From NCBI RefSeq assembly GCF_006345805.1, contig NC_042999.1, forward strand, positions 111,538,001 to 111,602,000: a stretch of 64,000 nt of DNA, read 5' to 3'. The notes below the pieces were generated by a model. The model was not told where the DNA came from and searched no databases. It saw only the letters and a program-made list of their open reading frames with translations. Source of the stretch: Octopus sinensis. Taxonomy: Eukaryota. Shown here in pieces: positions 42,546 through 55,160 of this stretch; position 1 is the first letter of the stretch, and every line of letters begins with the position of its first letter. Position numbers and translations under genes: made by a program.

Positions 42546-42776
42546 CTATATCTCTATCACAATGGACGGACGCTAGTCATATCGGCTCCAAGTAAGTTGG
42601 CCACTTTTACATGTTTAAAACTCCTTGTTGTCAAATATTTTGTTTTAATCGTTGTGCAAATTCATTCACTTAAAAACCTGAGAATTATTCACGTAGAATT
42701 CCGCCCCTGTATGGGCGAAATTACAAAAAAACTTTCAAAACTTTCGTGGGTTTTTTAGCCATTTTTCATTTTGAAA

Positions 42777-44740
42777 ATGGCAACTAGAAACCACGTGGCT
42801 AGCCCGCCAGTCATGCAGAACGGTAGCAAAACACTATTGCTACCACTAGCTGCTAAACATCGCAGCGTGAACACCGCTGTCACCACCATCACCACCACCA
42901 CCACAACAACAACAACAAATCTAACGTCGCATTCACCATCGCCGCGACCAAAGACATTAACTTAGATTTCCCCTCACTCCCCACACCACTTGTTGATGAT
43001 AAGGGACAGAGAAAGGGATTTCAAAAATGAATACAAACGAAAACATGAATGCCAGCACCACCACCATCACCACCAACAACACAACAACGAAATTGGCACA
43101 AAGCCGCCTACCAAAGACAACACCGCCAACACCAACACCACTACTACGACGTCAAATGCTACATCCAAGCCTTCTGCTGCTAATACCGCCAACACCAACA
43201 CCACTACCATGACTTCAATTAACACTGCCACAATTAACACTTCTACTGCCAAATTCAAAACGAATTTTGCGGACGTAACAAAACAAAAAGAACAATTGTA
43301 ACATTCACCACACAAGAGATAAACCGCACAAAGGCACTCTTCTCCAAAGAAGGAGACAAATGCACCTTCATATTCCACAACACATCGTGGAAAACACGCA
43401 AAAAAAAACAATAATTTATAAAGTAATAACAAAAAAACAAGAAGAACAGAAAATGCACCGCAGGAAAAAATCGATAAATGCCTTCGTCCTGTATGGGACT
43501 CCAAGGAATATATCAGTTGGGGAAACAAATTTGGTACAGTCCAAGTACGTTTCCTCAACGAAAGTTTAGCAAAACGTTTTTCCACATTGGAGCTACATTC
43601 GGACGACTTGGTAATGATACCAGTCTATTTAAACAAAAGGGTCACGAAAGTCCAAATAAAAAACATACCATTTGATGTCGAAACACAATGGGTGGTCTCT
43701 GCCATCTGCTTTGAAATGTCAGAGACAATGTCAGAGACAAACATCCTGGAAATCGCGGTTCTAGGAGAGAAAGACTATGTGGGCAAATCAATCGAATTCC
43801 TGCTTCAATTGGATGAAGCAGCAAGAGAGAAGATACCCACCGCTATAGAACTGCCACGCTGCTATTTGTGTGGAAGCGAAACACACTTGAAAAAGACGTG
43901 CCCAACCACTGCACACCAAGAGCAACAACAACAACCACTACCACAACCAAAGCACTCCGGAAAAAAAGCTCTACTACCCACCCACCACCATCAACACAGA
44001 AGACGACAGAGAAGCACACCAAGCTAATCCGTCATCAACCAAAAACCACTCGACACCTGGAAAAATACCAACACTACCATCAACAGCAAAACCCAAAGGA
44101 ACAGAAAAACAAAGAAAACACACACAAACTGATCCCCCATCCCTTATACCGCACTCAACACACACAAACACTCAACAACCAACAACAACGAAAACAACAA
44201 CACAACCACTTACACAGACATACATAGAAGCCCACAACATACCCCTACCCCCTTCTGATTCCTCAGAAATTTCGTCGGAAGACGAAACCAGTGAGGAATG
44301 GCAAATAGCTACAAAAAGAAGGAAAATAAAGAGCAGAAACACAACCAAACCAAATGCAAACACGAACAAAGCAGGGGGAAATACATCTCCCGAAGACATT
44401 TCAAACCCAACGCAAACAACAGCCACACCAACACCACAAAAACATATACAGCAACATGCTCACAGCCATAGACACCCAAAACACAAAAATTTGATGGAAT
44501 ACATCCAATCAAAAACAAACATAACAGAAGATGACATAAAAACAAACAACCACCCATACACAACACCACCAGAACCACATCAAAATAATACACATCTCCA
44601 AAAGTCTGCACCACACACTCAAAGGCATTTTCCCCAGTGCGGTTGGTAAATGCCAAAAATATCTCACAAAGAAACTGTACTGGGATCTCTCGAGGACAAA
44701 CCAACGGAGGAGAAAGCAAAAACTTTCGAGCAGTAAGTAA
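42777..44740 (+). pseudogene. LINE ORF1 (Gag-like), frameshifted
   Basis: ATG at 42777; T/N/Q-rich low-complexity arms; VQIKNIPFDVETQWVVSAI (RRM-like); CCHC knuckle CYLCGSETHLKKTC at ~43860-43901. Confidence 0.7.
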
Positions 44741-44767
44741 CCCTCTGTATTCTAATTCATTAGAACT

Positions 44768-46217
44768 ATGATCAAGATTGGTTGTGTAAATGCGCGTGGC
44801 TTGGGGTCCCCTTGGAAACAAGGGTACCTCTTAAATGACATAAAGTCACATAAGTTAGAAATCATAGCATAAGCGAGACCAGACTCCACAATCCGCGGGC
44901 CCTAAAGACCATGTTTGGCGGACAGTTCAACATTTATTTTCCCCCCTGTCTGCCGAGAATGGGCGGTAGTGGCACCGCGGTACTTTTTCACAAGAGTCTG
45001 GATCTCAATGTAAGGACAATATTCGTAGACCCGGAGGGTAGACTGGTCGTCCTGGATGTCGACGGCAGCAATGGGTGCGCTTTTCGGCTCGTATCAGTTT
45101 ACGCACCGCCCTTAACAGGTCGGGCGGATTTCTTTCAACGTCTAGAAGTTTTCTTGGGAACGTCTCGTCCTTTACTCTTAGTGGGGGATTGGAATGCTAC
45201 CTTGGACACGCATGTAGACTACGTGGGTAGAGATAGGAATAGACGGGGATGCAAATGCCTCAGAGACCTGCTCAGAGACGCTTTCAACTGTCTGACAGGT
45301 TTCGACTAGACCACCCGAATGCGCCAACGTGGACATGGAGCAACCGCATCGGGTTGTCGAGATCGTATCTAGATAGGATACTGTGTAGGACAGTAGATAG
45401 AGATAGCATAGGATGTCCACAATTCCACATAGTCAGCTACACGGATCACAAACTTGTGACATGTACGCTAGACTTAGGTAAGACACTTAGGCAGGGTCCC
45501 GGATACTGGAAACTAAACGCGTCTTTCCCATCGAGACAAGTTTTCAGAGACCGGATTAGCACACTAGTAAAGAGGGCTTTGACGGGAGCCATCATCAACA
45601 CAAATGGTGGTTTGCCCTCAAGAGAGCAGTAAAAGCAGAAGCGATTAGGTACAGCAAAGCACTAGCCATAGATAGAAATAGAGTAGAGGGTGAGCTAGTT
45701 AAGAAGCTAGAAGAGGCAATTAGAAGCGGCATCGCATCCGACGTTTTGGCGGCGAGGTTGGCCCTTGACCAACACTTCACGCAAACACGAAGGATGTGCT
45801 GTCAGAGCTAGGATGCGTGCTCTAAGGAACGAAGGTGTTGGAGCCGCGAGAGAGGCCCGGGTGGCAGAGGCGCAACAGGGCAACAAAGCCACCATTCGGT
45901 CACTGGTAGATGAACAGGGGCGCGAATTGCTCGAGCCAAGTAAAATGTGTGAGGCCTTTCAGCAGCATTTTGCCCGACTGTTCGGAACGAGTGGAGGGCA
46001 AGAACGTAGGGTGGACTTCAGTGCCTACCTACATAGCCTACCACGACTCTCGACAAGAAAGGCAGGGTGCTGCGAAGGTGCCATCACGGCGGCGGAAGTG
46101 CGGGAAGCGATGGCAGAATGCTCGAGGGACAAATCACCGGGTTTGGATGGTCTACCCTACGAGCTTTACAATTGTATGCCAGACTTGTTTGGAGATCTCT
46201 TGGCGGCGGTGTACTGC

Positions 46218-46219
<2 letters not shown>
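44768..46219 (+). pseudogene. LINE ORF2 N-terminal part: APE endonuclease and RT domain 0/1, frameshifted and truncated
   Basis: MIKIGCVNARGL...GTAVLF...EGRLVVLD...LVSVYAP...LLLVGDWNA...TW...SYLDRIL...TDHKLV...GYWKLN...[13 protein letters not shown]. Confidence 0.92.
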
Positions 46220-46254
<35 letters not shown>

Positions 46255-46323
46255 GGATGGATGGATAGATTGATGGATGGATAGATGGATGGATAGATGG
46301 ATGGATGGATGGATGGATGGATG

Positions 46324-46387
<64 letters not shown>

Positions 46388-46388
46388 C
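46220..46388. repeat. (GATA)n/(GATG)n array, right flank of the Tx1 element
   Basis: Direct inspection. Confidence 0.95.
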
Positions 46389-46997
46389 TTCCATCCATCC
46401 ATCCATACATACATAATATAGGCAGACAGACAGACAGTAATGCTTGTGAAAGTGTATATGTATATTTTTTTCACTTGTTTTCAAATATTTGTATCATTTT
46501 TCATTACCTTATAAATTCTTCTGCAGTAATCAATAAATATTATGAGTAGATCCCTAAGCCATGTATAGTAAAAAGTCAGGACAAAATAATCCTGCGAAAG
46601 CAGAAAAAAATTCTGAAAATTACTGGTAATGATGACGGGGAGAGGAGGGGAAATTATTTTCTAACCTTAAAGCGTTAGGGAACTTCAATTTTTATATGGA
46701 CTCGTTAGATCAGTACGTTAAAAGGGTCATTTAAAAATTGGAATTGTTGCTATTCATTACCTTAATGCACCTGATCAATCCACCTCGTATGAATGCATAC
46801 AGCATTAAGGACAGATGTAGAGAGAACGGTGTTTCATATAGTTCATGATGTACGTCGAGAAGGCTAAAGACGGATTAAGAGAAAAGAATATACCTATATG
46901 CATAGAGAAATATAAGTGTATATATATTCATATCCATGTACACACACATATACACACGCGAACACATATATATATACATGTATATGGATATATATAT

Positions 46998-47030
<33 letters not shown>

Positions 47031-47039
47031 GTGTATATA

Positions 47040-47152
<113 letters not shown>

Positions 47153-47194
47153 TATACATTTATCTATATTCATAGGCAGAGAATGCGGTAATGC

Positions 47195-47762
47195 AAACAT
47201 CTCAAGTCGTATACAATATTATTATAGGAAGAAATTCAAAATCTTAGTACTGTTTCTGGGATATTCCGTCATCGGAGACAAATAGGGGGAAAATAAGGAA
47301 AATGAGAATGGTATATATTAATAAGATGACGACATAGAGGAAAGGAGTAAAAGAATAAGATAGAAAGAAGAAAAAATAAACATGAAAGTTCAGTTTCCGA
47401 CGTTATAGAAGTCAGAGCATGAGTCCTCAGGTGCAATCCTGCGTAGATCCAGGATTTTAACCTGCATGGATATACGTAGGAATGCACCTAAGGACTCATG
47501 CTCATGGATTTACACAGGATTGTACCTAAGGTCTCATGCTCTGGTTTCTATAACTTTTTCTTCTGCCTTTCCATCTTCTTATTTTTTTACTCCGTTCTTC
47601 TATGTCTCCATCTTATTAATATGTACCATTCTCATTTTCTCTAATTTTCCCCCTATTTGTCTCTGATTACGGAATATCCTATACTCGGGAATATACCAAG
47701 AAACAGCTGTAAGATTTTGAATTTCTTCCTATGAAAATATTGTATACGACTTGAGATGTTTA
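47195..47762. repeat. Diverged inverted duplication (~250-bp arms), each arm with a decayed hammerhead motif
   Basis: AAACATCTCAAGTCGTATACAATATT...GGAAGAAATTCAAAATCTTA vs TAAGATTTTGAATTTCTTCC...AATATTGTATACGACTTGAGATGTTT; hammerhead remnants at 47241-47278 (-) and 47659-47714 (+). Confidence 0.85.
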
Positions 47763-47946
47763 CCTTGCCTTAATGCTTGCTGTCCTGTTTAACAATTATA
47801 TATATCCGCTGCATCTGAAATCTGCAATGGCTCCATAACTAACGTCTCGGCTACAACCTTGGAGCCCTAGTAAACCGTTACAGCACTTACCTGGCGTACC
47901 TAATCGTTTAGATTACCCGTGAACTAAACCCCCATACTTTGCTTAC

Positions 47947-48037
<91 letters not shown>

Positions 48038-48682
48038 ATTATATATATATATATATATATAATATATATATATATATATGCATGTATGTACGTATGTATG
48101 TATATATTATATATATATTATATATATATATATAAATATACATAAATGTATATATATATATGTATGTATGTATGTATGTGCATGCACACAAATTCATGCG
48201 CACTCATTATTTATTATGAGATGCGAAAACGCGTAGAAAGGAAGCATCTGCTGAAATATGAGTCAACAGTAGTTTTATTAGTGAACAAAAGGCAAAGGTG
48301 TTTCTGAAAACAGTATTTCTATAGAGTTTATCTAAAGTGATAAATGGAGAATACCTCGAGGTTTATGTAATAAATAATTCATTATGGATTTTTCCTCAAT
48401 GAATTAAAATGTAAATCTATTCTCTTATAAAACATAGGAAATTTTAATTTTAAATTGCTTGCCAGTGAATGTCAAAATGATACATACATGTCTTTTTATA
48501 AATTACAATGAATATATTCCAATTTACATATAATACGCATGGTTTTGTATATATTTTGTTTAAAAAGTTGTCCGCTAGTATGTGTATGACCGGACGCATA
48601 CAAACTCATACATACTCACAGACAAAATCACACAAACACATTTACACACACACACATATGTATATATATGTATGTATGTATA

Positions 48683-48724
<42 letters not shown>

Positions 48725-48932
48725 TATATATATATATGCTAAATACATATATATATATAATAATATATATATATATATATATGTACGTACATAGATATGT
48801 ATGTAATTAAGTATACTTGTATGGATGCATATACTCAGACATAAATATATACCCAGATTAGTACGTAACTAAGTTTATGTAGTAGTAAGCATGTGTGTGT
48901 GTACACATGTATAGATTAAATGCACCCTTATA

Positions 48933-48972
<40 letters not shown>

Positions 48973-49079
48973 TATATATATATACATATATACATGCATA
49001 TTCATATGCATATTCATATATAGGTATATAGTTATTTCTGTTAATACACTACCTGTAAACAAATTCATTTTCATAAACT

Positions 49080-49370
49080 TACGTAAACAGTCAAGCACGC
49101 AAAGTAACAGCGGTCATTAAGGAAGGTGTTATGAAGTTACCACGATTTCTAGAAATAGCTGTGAAATCTCCAACAAATTGCATACAAGTCTCTGTCCAAG
49201 CAGGAAGAGTTTACTGCGGTCTTGCGTACTATACACCCACAGAGCCTGATAGACCTACATGAGGTGGATTCAAGGGTTTTCAAAATCAAACTGGATTTCT
49301 TTGGCAAGACTTCCGGATGAAGCTACTTCACAGCAAGAAACGCAGATGAGGGTAGCAAAATCAAACTCCC
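49080..49370 (+). mobile_element. CR1/L2-group LINE 3' fragment, decayed
   Basis: SLIDLHEVDSRVFKIKLDFF followed by CCGGATGAAG (PDE) resembles the FKxKLDxFL..PDEP C-terminus of CR1-group ORF2. Confidence 0.5.
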
Positions 49371-49574
49371 TCATTCACCAAATGTTAAACAACAGAGGAG
49401 ATTTAGTGAAAATGTAGCAAAGCAAGCGGCAGTCCCAGCATGGCCACAACTCTCGAGCTGAAACTACAAAAGGTAAAAAGATATATTTAGTATATATATA
49501 ATTATACATATATATATACACACACATACATTTATATATATATATATACATGCACACACACACACGCGTGCGCG

Positions 49575-49637
<63 letters not shown>

Positions 49638-49673
49638 AGGAGCTTCTACAGGGCTAGAACTGTTTCATTCAAA

Positions 49674-49724
49674 AGCTTCCTGATGATTTCTTTTGAATGA
49701 AACAGTTCTAGTCCTGTAGAAGCT
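49674..49724 (+). ncRNA. Type I hammerhead motif inside a near-perfect fold-back hairpin (49637-49727)
   Basis: AGCUUC-CUGAUGA-U-UUC(UUUU)GAA-U-GAA-ACAG(UUCUAGUC)CUGU-A-GAAGCU: 6-bp stem I, 4-bp stem III, weak stem II. Confidence 0.65.
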
Positions 49725-49888
49725 CCTTCTATAAAATAAATTAATTTACTCTGCTATGTATTGAGTACCTTATTTACTGTGGTTAACCCCGACTCAACCC
49801 GGGACCTACATATATATATAAATATATATATATATACAGAGACATGACTGAAGTAAATAGACACCCATAAAACATCGTTTTATGTTTA

Positions 49889-50122
49889 CAGTAATCCCTC
49901 ACCACATCACAGTTCTCCTATTGCGGTTCACCTATCGCGTTTTATTATTTAAGCTTACGTCGATTCCGCCGTGCTGTTGTTTTGCATTTATAATAAAATA
50001 AATACATACAAATTATAAAAATAATAAAATAAAATTTACAGTATTGTTTCTACTTTGCGGATAGTCACCTATCGCAGGGGTGGGGCTGGAATGTAACACC
50101 CGCGATAGTCAAGGGATTACTG
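49889..50122. mobile_element. Tigger/pogo-like MITE with TA target duplication
   Basis: TA|CAGTAATCCCT (49889-49899)...AGGGATTACTG|TA (50112-50124); internal CTATCGCG subterminal motifs. Confidence 0.8.
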
Positions 50123-50189
50123 TATTCTAACTTAAGGCTTATATTTTTTATTAATTGACATTTTTATGTTTCAAGTTCTATATGTAACT

Positions 50190-50610
50190 GTTTAATCCAA
50201 CCATGTACAAAAGAATCCTTGAAACTGTCTGAATTGTGGGTTATTCTGAAGGTGGAAATTGCATAAAATCCTAGAAAACCTTGGGATACCGCTTTCTACA
50301 ATTAATAGAGTGAATGTGCAATTCACCAGAGAGAGAAAGGTATCCACATAACCTCGACCAGACCAACCAGGGCTCTCTGAAAAGGCCCTTCTCTTTGTTA
50401 AGAGAAGTGTGGAGGATAATCCTCGTAGCAAGGCCTCTGACAGCAGAACAAGTTATTTTCTGTCCCCGAAACACCTGTCAGGTGTGTCCACAAACTTGGT
50501 TACTATAGCAGAGCAGCAAGAAGGAAGCAACTTCTTCGACCAGCCAACATCAGGCGGAGAAAAGATTGGGCTAGTGAGAGGCATTTTGGGACACCGTCAT
50601 ATTCTATGAT
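50190..50610 (+). pseudogene. Tc1-family transposase N-terminal (DNA-binding) fragment
   Basis: LENLGIPLSTINRV...PRPDQP (GRP-like)...VKRSVEDNPRSKASD, then after a frameshift VHKLGYYSRAARRKQLLRPANIRRRKDWA; no DDE region. Confidence 0.8.
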
Positions 50611-50684
50611 GAGTTCAGATTTACTTCTATATACTAACCCTAAGATTCCGCGTTCGATTCCAGGCAGTGACCTGAATAATAATA

Positions 50685-50735
<51 letters not shown>

Positions 50736-50848
50736 TAATAATAATAATATAATAATAATATAATAATATAATAATAAATAATAATATAATAATAAATAAT
50801 AATAATAATGAATAATAATAATAATAATAATGAATAATAATAATAATG

Positions 50849-50913
<65 letters not shown>

Positions 50914-51130
50914 TATAACAACAACAACAACATTAACAACAACAACATCATCATCAACAACAACAACAATAATAATGACATCGAAAAAGTACCTTAGAAA
51001 TGAGAATCCGGGTTCGAAATTTCCCCAAGACACCTGATGAAGGCTGGAGGGTATATCAGCCGAAGCGTTGTGTTAACACTAAACAAGACGAGGAGAAAAA
51101 TCGTCAACTGTAAATAATTTAAATAATGTA
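50610..51130 (+). mobile_element. Penelope-type terminal unit with internal (AAT)n/(AAC)n expansion and a hammerhead motif
   Basis: The hammerhead at 51029-51074 lies ~50 nt downstream of the 50656-50977 array; the 5' boundary is approximate. Confidence 0.5.
51029..51074 (+). ncRNA. Minimal type I hammerhead motif, A15.1-to-G variant
   Basis: GACAC-CUGAUGA-A-GGCUG(10 nt)CAGCC-GAA-GCGU-U-GUGUU. Confidence 0.65.
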
Positions 51131-51439
51131 TATGTTAAAAGTTTTGTATATATGTGTATATGCATGTTTTGTGTACGTGACAGGGTTTCTGTGTACGTGT
51201 GTGACTGTTTTTATGTAAATTTATTATTTTAAAGCAAGTTTAAGAATAAGAGTGTAATACTTAGTAGTTAGTTTACTCTAAATTTAATATCAAGTAATAT
51301 GTATTGTGAATATAATATTAATTGAGAATTCAAATATCATTTATTGTCTTGTTTACTTGGGAAACTGAACTGGGGGATCAGTAAAGTTCCAGTAAATTTT
51401 AACTTCACAACATATATATTTTTTATCTTTTATCTTTCC

Positions 51440-51690
51440 CTTTCAGTCTTTGGACTGCACCCATGCTGGTACATTGTCTTGAAGAGTTTAGTCGAATGAA
51501 TCTATCCTAGAGTTTATTTATAAGGCCTTGTACTTGTTCTATGCGACTTACCACAGACCAACACTTACCACTATGCCACTTACCACAGACCGACGCCTGC
51601 ACACATGACTGTCATTGATGTAACAACCAGTGTATGTCTGTGTATATGTGTGTGTGTGTTTGTCTGCCTGTGTGTGTGTGCATCAGTAAA
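51440..51690 (-). mobile_element. Degenerate SINE family A, 3' part
   Basis: TTTCAGTC...CTGCACCCATGCTGGTACA...TTTAGTCGAAT resembles the reverse complement of the family A tail. Confidence 0.55.
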
Positions 51691-52194
51691 CAAAGAAAAG
51701 AATGAAGTGTATGGTATTTTTAATCAGTTACGATCGTTTCAATAATGAGTAGAATTTGCTTACATGCATACCAGTTAAATAATTTCGGAGGATATCAAAT
51801 GAAAATTTATCTAAATATTTCTTCGGACTAATTCATAAGAGGAGCACCAAAACAGATACTGTATTTCATAAGAGATTTTACTCTATTAAATATAAGGAAG
51901 TACGATATAAAATACAAAGTTGTAAATTATTAACAGCAGATTGTCAGGTTATCACAGCTTCCTACTAATGAGGAGACTATTGTAACAGATTGACTTATTA
52001 GTTTCCCAAAATTAAATCTATTATAAACAGCTCGGAACACAAAGTATGAACCTACTAATTTATTTTATATATATTACGGTGGGGGAGATAAAAAGCTAGC
52101 AATCGATGCGTAAGTGTTGAGAGTTTGCTATTATATATTCTTAGAATAATGGCTTTCAAAGGGGGAAACACTTGCGTAGAAAATTCCAAGATAG

Positions 52195-52463
52195 CCGTAG
52201 GCGTGGTGATGTGTTACATGGTTCTGAGTTCAGTACGTATGTTGTGTATGTAAGTCTATATGAATATGAATATGCTTACACAATTATACATGGTATGGCT
52301 ATGTGGTATAAAGTTTGCTTCCTAACTACATTGTTCCTGGTTCAGTTCTACTGCATGGCATCTTGGGGATGGGGCAATGGTCTTCTACTATAGCTACTAT
52401 AGCCTTGGTCTGACCAAAGCCTTAGTCATTTTGGTAGACGGAAGCTGAAAGAATCCCGTTGTG

Positions 52464-52494
<31 letters not shown>

Positions 52495-52740
52495 ACGCGT
52501 GTTTGTGTGCGTGTTTGTGTATGTGTGTGTGTGTAGCGCGCATGTGTGTGTGTTTTCCAAACCGCTTGACAACCGATGTTGATGCGTTTACGTCCCCGCA
52601 GCTTAGCGTTCGGCAAAGAGACTGACAGAACAATTACTAGGCTTTGAAAGATAAGTACGGGAGCCGATTGGTTCGGCTAAAATATTTCAAGGGGGGCTCC
52701 ATTATGGCCGCATTTTAATAACTGAAATAAGTAAAGGAAA
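52195..52740 (+). mobile_element. Degenerate SINE family A with duplicated head
   Basis: TCTTCTACTATAGC...GACCAAAGCCTT...GGTAGACGGAAGCTGAAAGAA...GCTTGACAACCGATG...ATGGCCGCA. Confidence 0.75.
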
Positions 52741-55106
52741 TAAAAAAAATGAAATCGAGACTAAGAATACAAGAGCAAGTGCAATCTGCTAAAGGTCGGG
52801 GTTACGATATATTCTATAATTATCATCAAAGAGGCCTGGATCTTTACTTACAATGGCACTAAATATATTGATTAGTTACGAAGTAAATTATCAGAAAAGG
52901 GAATTTTGAGACATGCAGGTTGTTCGAAAGATTCACCAGTGATTGAACTAAAGTTTACAAGATGTCACCGATAAAGTTAAGCAAACGAAATTTTAAGAAT
53001 AACATTTATTGAATTGGCGAGCTAAACGGATCGACAATTCATTACCATTGTTAATTAGATTAGATTTACGATGAAAATTGTCTAGTGCCTCTACAGAATA
53101 GAATAGCAACCGCGTCCACTCCCTTTATACGGAAGCGCTGTGCGTATAATTGATCACAATAGGGAATAACTAATATTTTATTTTCCAGGTCAAAAATAAA
53201 TTTAGGAAACAAGGTACTAAAAGCATTGTTTATTTATTTATTTATTTTGAAAGGAACGTACTTGATTGTGCGCTAGATTTAGTTTTTGAATAGAGTAGCA
53301 CCGATATAATGATGTTCATTATTTGGCGTCTTAATTAAACATTTATATATTAAATTAGTTCTAAATTATTAGTTATTTAAATGCCACTTTATAGTATTTC
53401 TACAGTTATGCTTGTTATTACAGATATTAGCTGAAGAATTATTGCTAATTGAATTAGTGTTTTATTATTATTATTAGAAGATGCTACTACGAGTTAGGTT
53501 TAAAGTTACACATTCTTCTGCCGCCACACAAGATGGTATTATTATCGTCCGAACACAGTTTGTCACCTGTATATTCAAAACGTCTAACTCTCCTAGATTG
53601 AGGCTTACCACTTTCAGTGGAAGTTCCAGGGCTTTTTAGTTGGTTCTCATTCTCTATTACTAAAGTATAATTCCTGCAATCGTCTATACAGATTTTTGAA
53701 CTTCTTTTCAAGTCAGAAATATTGCAATATTGCATGTGCATGCAACTGTATAAACTGCAGTAGCTGCGCTCTCAACAGACACTGCTTAAACGGATTTTCA
53801 GCATACTGCGCCAAGCTAAAATTGTTTGATACTTCTCAATCAAAATCTCATATCAAAACGAAAGTGAACTAATCCAATCCAAGCCATTACTCGTACAAAT
53901 ATTTGATAGGAGATACTCGACACCTTTTTAGGCAGATTTACAGATTGAGGGAAAATGATATTAATCCATTTTTCTGTATGTGCATATAGGCACGATACTT
54001 ACAGGAATAACAAAGAAGTATTAATGCTACACCATAACGGAAAGTGACTGAATTCAAAATTGGATATTTCATCTACTTTTTTGCAGAGAACAATATATTT
54101 GCTACGTACATAAATGCAAAACAATATATCTGCCTTAATATTTTGGATTTCAGTAAGATATTTCACGCACTGACTAATTCTCCTCATTCGTATAGTCTGT
54201 ATTTTTCTCTCCTAATTTACCTTTGTTAAAATGTTTTTTTCTTTATATAACATTTCATTGACATTATTGGCTTTTTGTTCCGTTTCCGCTCGTGGTGTTA
54301 TTTTATTCTTTCGCCGTCACTTTCTCTCTTTCTTTCTTTCTTTCTTTCTTTATATCCTTTTGTTGCCAAGTAAGCATTTCAAACTGTTAACAATACTTTA
54401 TAACGTAAGTTTATGAATGAATACTATCCTGAGTGCTTTGAAAGTCTTTTCTCTGCTGTACCTTTTTTTCTATCTTCTATATATTTCTTTAATGCTCTTT
54501 AATATTTTTATTGCATTTGTCTGTGACTAGTCTTTTATGTATGTCTTTGACGTTACGACACTAACTTCGCCACGTTAAACTCTTATTTATTTCATCTAGT
54601 GTTATTTTAATAAAGAAAAATGCGCCAACAATCAATAGAAGCCTCATATTTTTTATTTATATCCCGTTGAATTAACTGCTATGATTAATTCATCAAACAA
54701 TTTCCGATGATGGGGCGTGTAAAGCTCGGAGTAATGACTTGTAGAATTTTAATTCAAGCATATATTAATATTGAGTCTACGCTCAATATTAATTGCTTTC
54801 TTTATCATTGGTTATGCAACATCGATTCCACACACTTACACGCATACATGTACAAACATATCCATGCATATCTATCTATCTATTAATCTATCTACCTATC
54901 AATTTACCTATTTTTCTATTAATATATATATATATATTGAGAAAGAGAGGGAGAGAGACAGACAGACATGAGATTATCGTTTGTTATGTGTGTTTCAAAG
55001 TGTTGACACTGATTGGAATCATTACATTGAATATTCTGTGCATTTGGATGCTTAATTACAACAGATCATGAGGGAAACACCTTCTTACATTATAATTACA
55101 TAGATC

Positions 55107-55160
<54 letters not shown>

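Larger units (their letters stand above)
42546..46219 (+). mobile_element. Tx1/L1-clade LINE, 5' part (5' UTR, ORF1, ORF2 endonuclease and start of RT), inverted relative to the 3' part
   Basis: Contains the ORF1 and ORF2 segments listed below; breaks off at DLLAAVYC directly into (GATA)n. Confidence 0.9.

Noticed and set aside
41362-46097. ORFs antisense or in alternative frames to the Tx1 ORFs (e.g. 41589-41918, 42080-42364, 44309-44821)
   Set aside because: Shadow frames of GC-richer LINE coding sequence.
49315-49350. CCGGATGAAGCT...AGCAAGAAAC, hammerhead-like
   Set aside because: The core is mismatched, no stem I or III closes it, and the sequence is better explained as the PDE codons of a CR1-like ORF end.
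53428-53460. CTGAAGAATTATTGCTAATTGAAT, hammerhead-like
   Set aside because: GAAU replaces GAAA, the stem is AT-only and there is no stem I; likely chance.
53487-53741. 84-aa minus ORF containing a GTAAGC donor-like site
   Set aside because: No convincing acceptor or homology; cannot be supported as an exon.
54700-54745. TTTCCGATGATGGGG..., possible decayed hammerhead unit
   Set aside because: Too degenerate; no GAAA or stems can be demonstrated.
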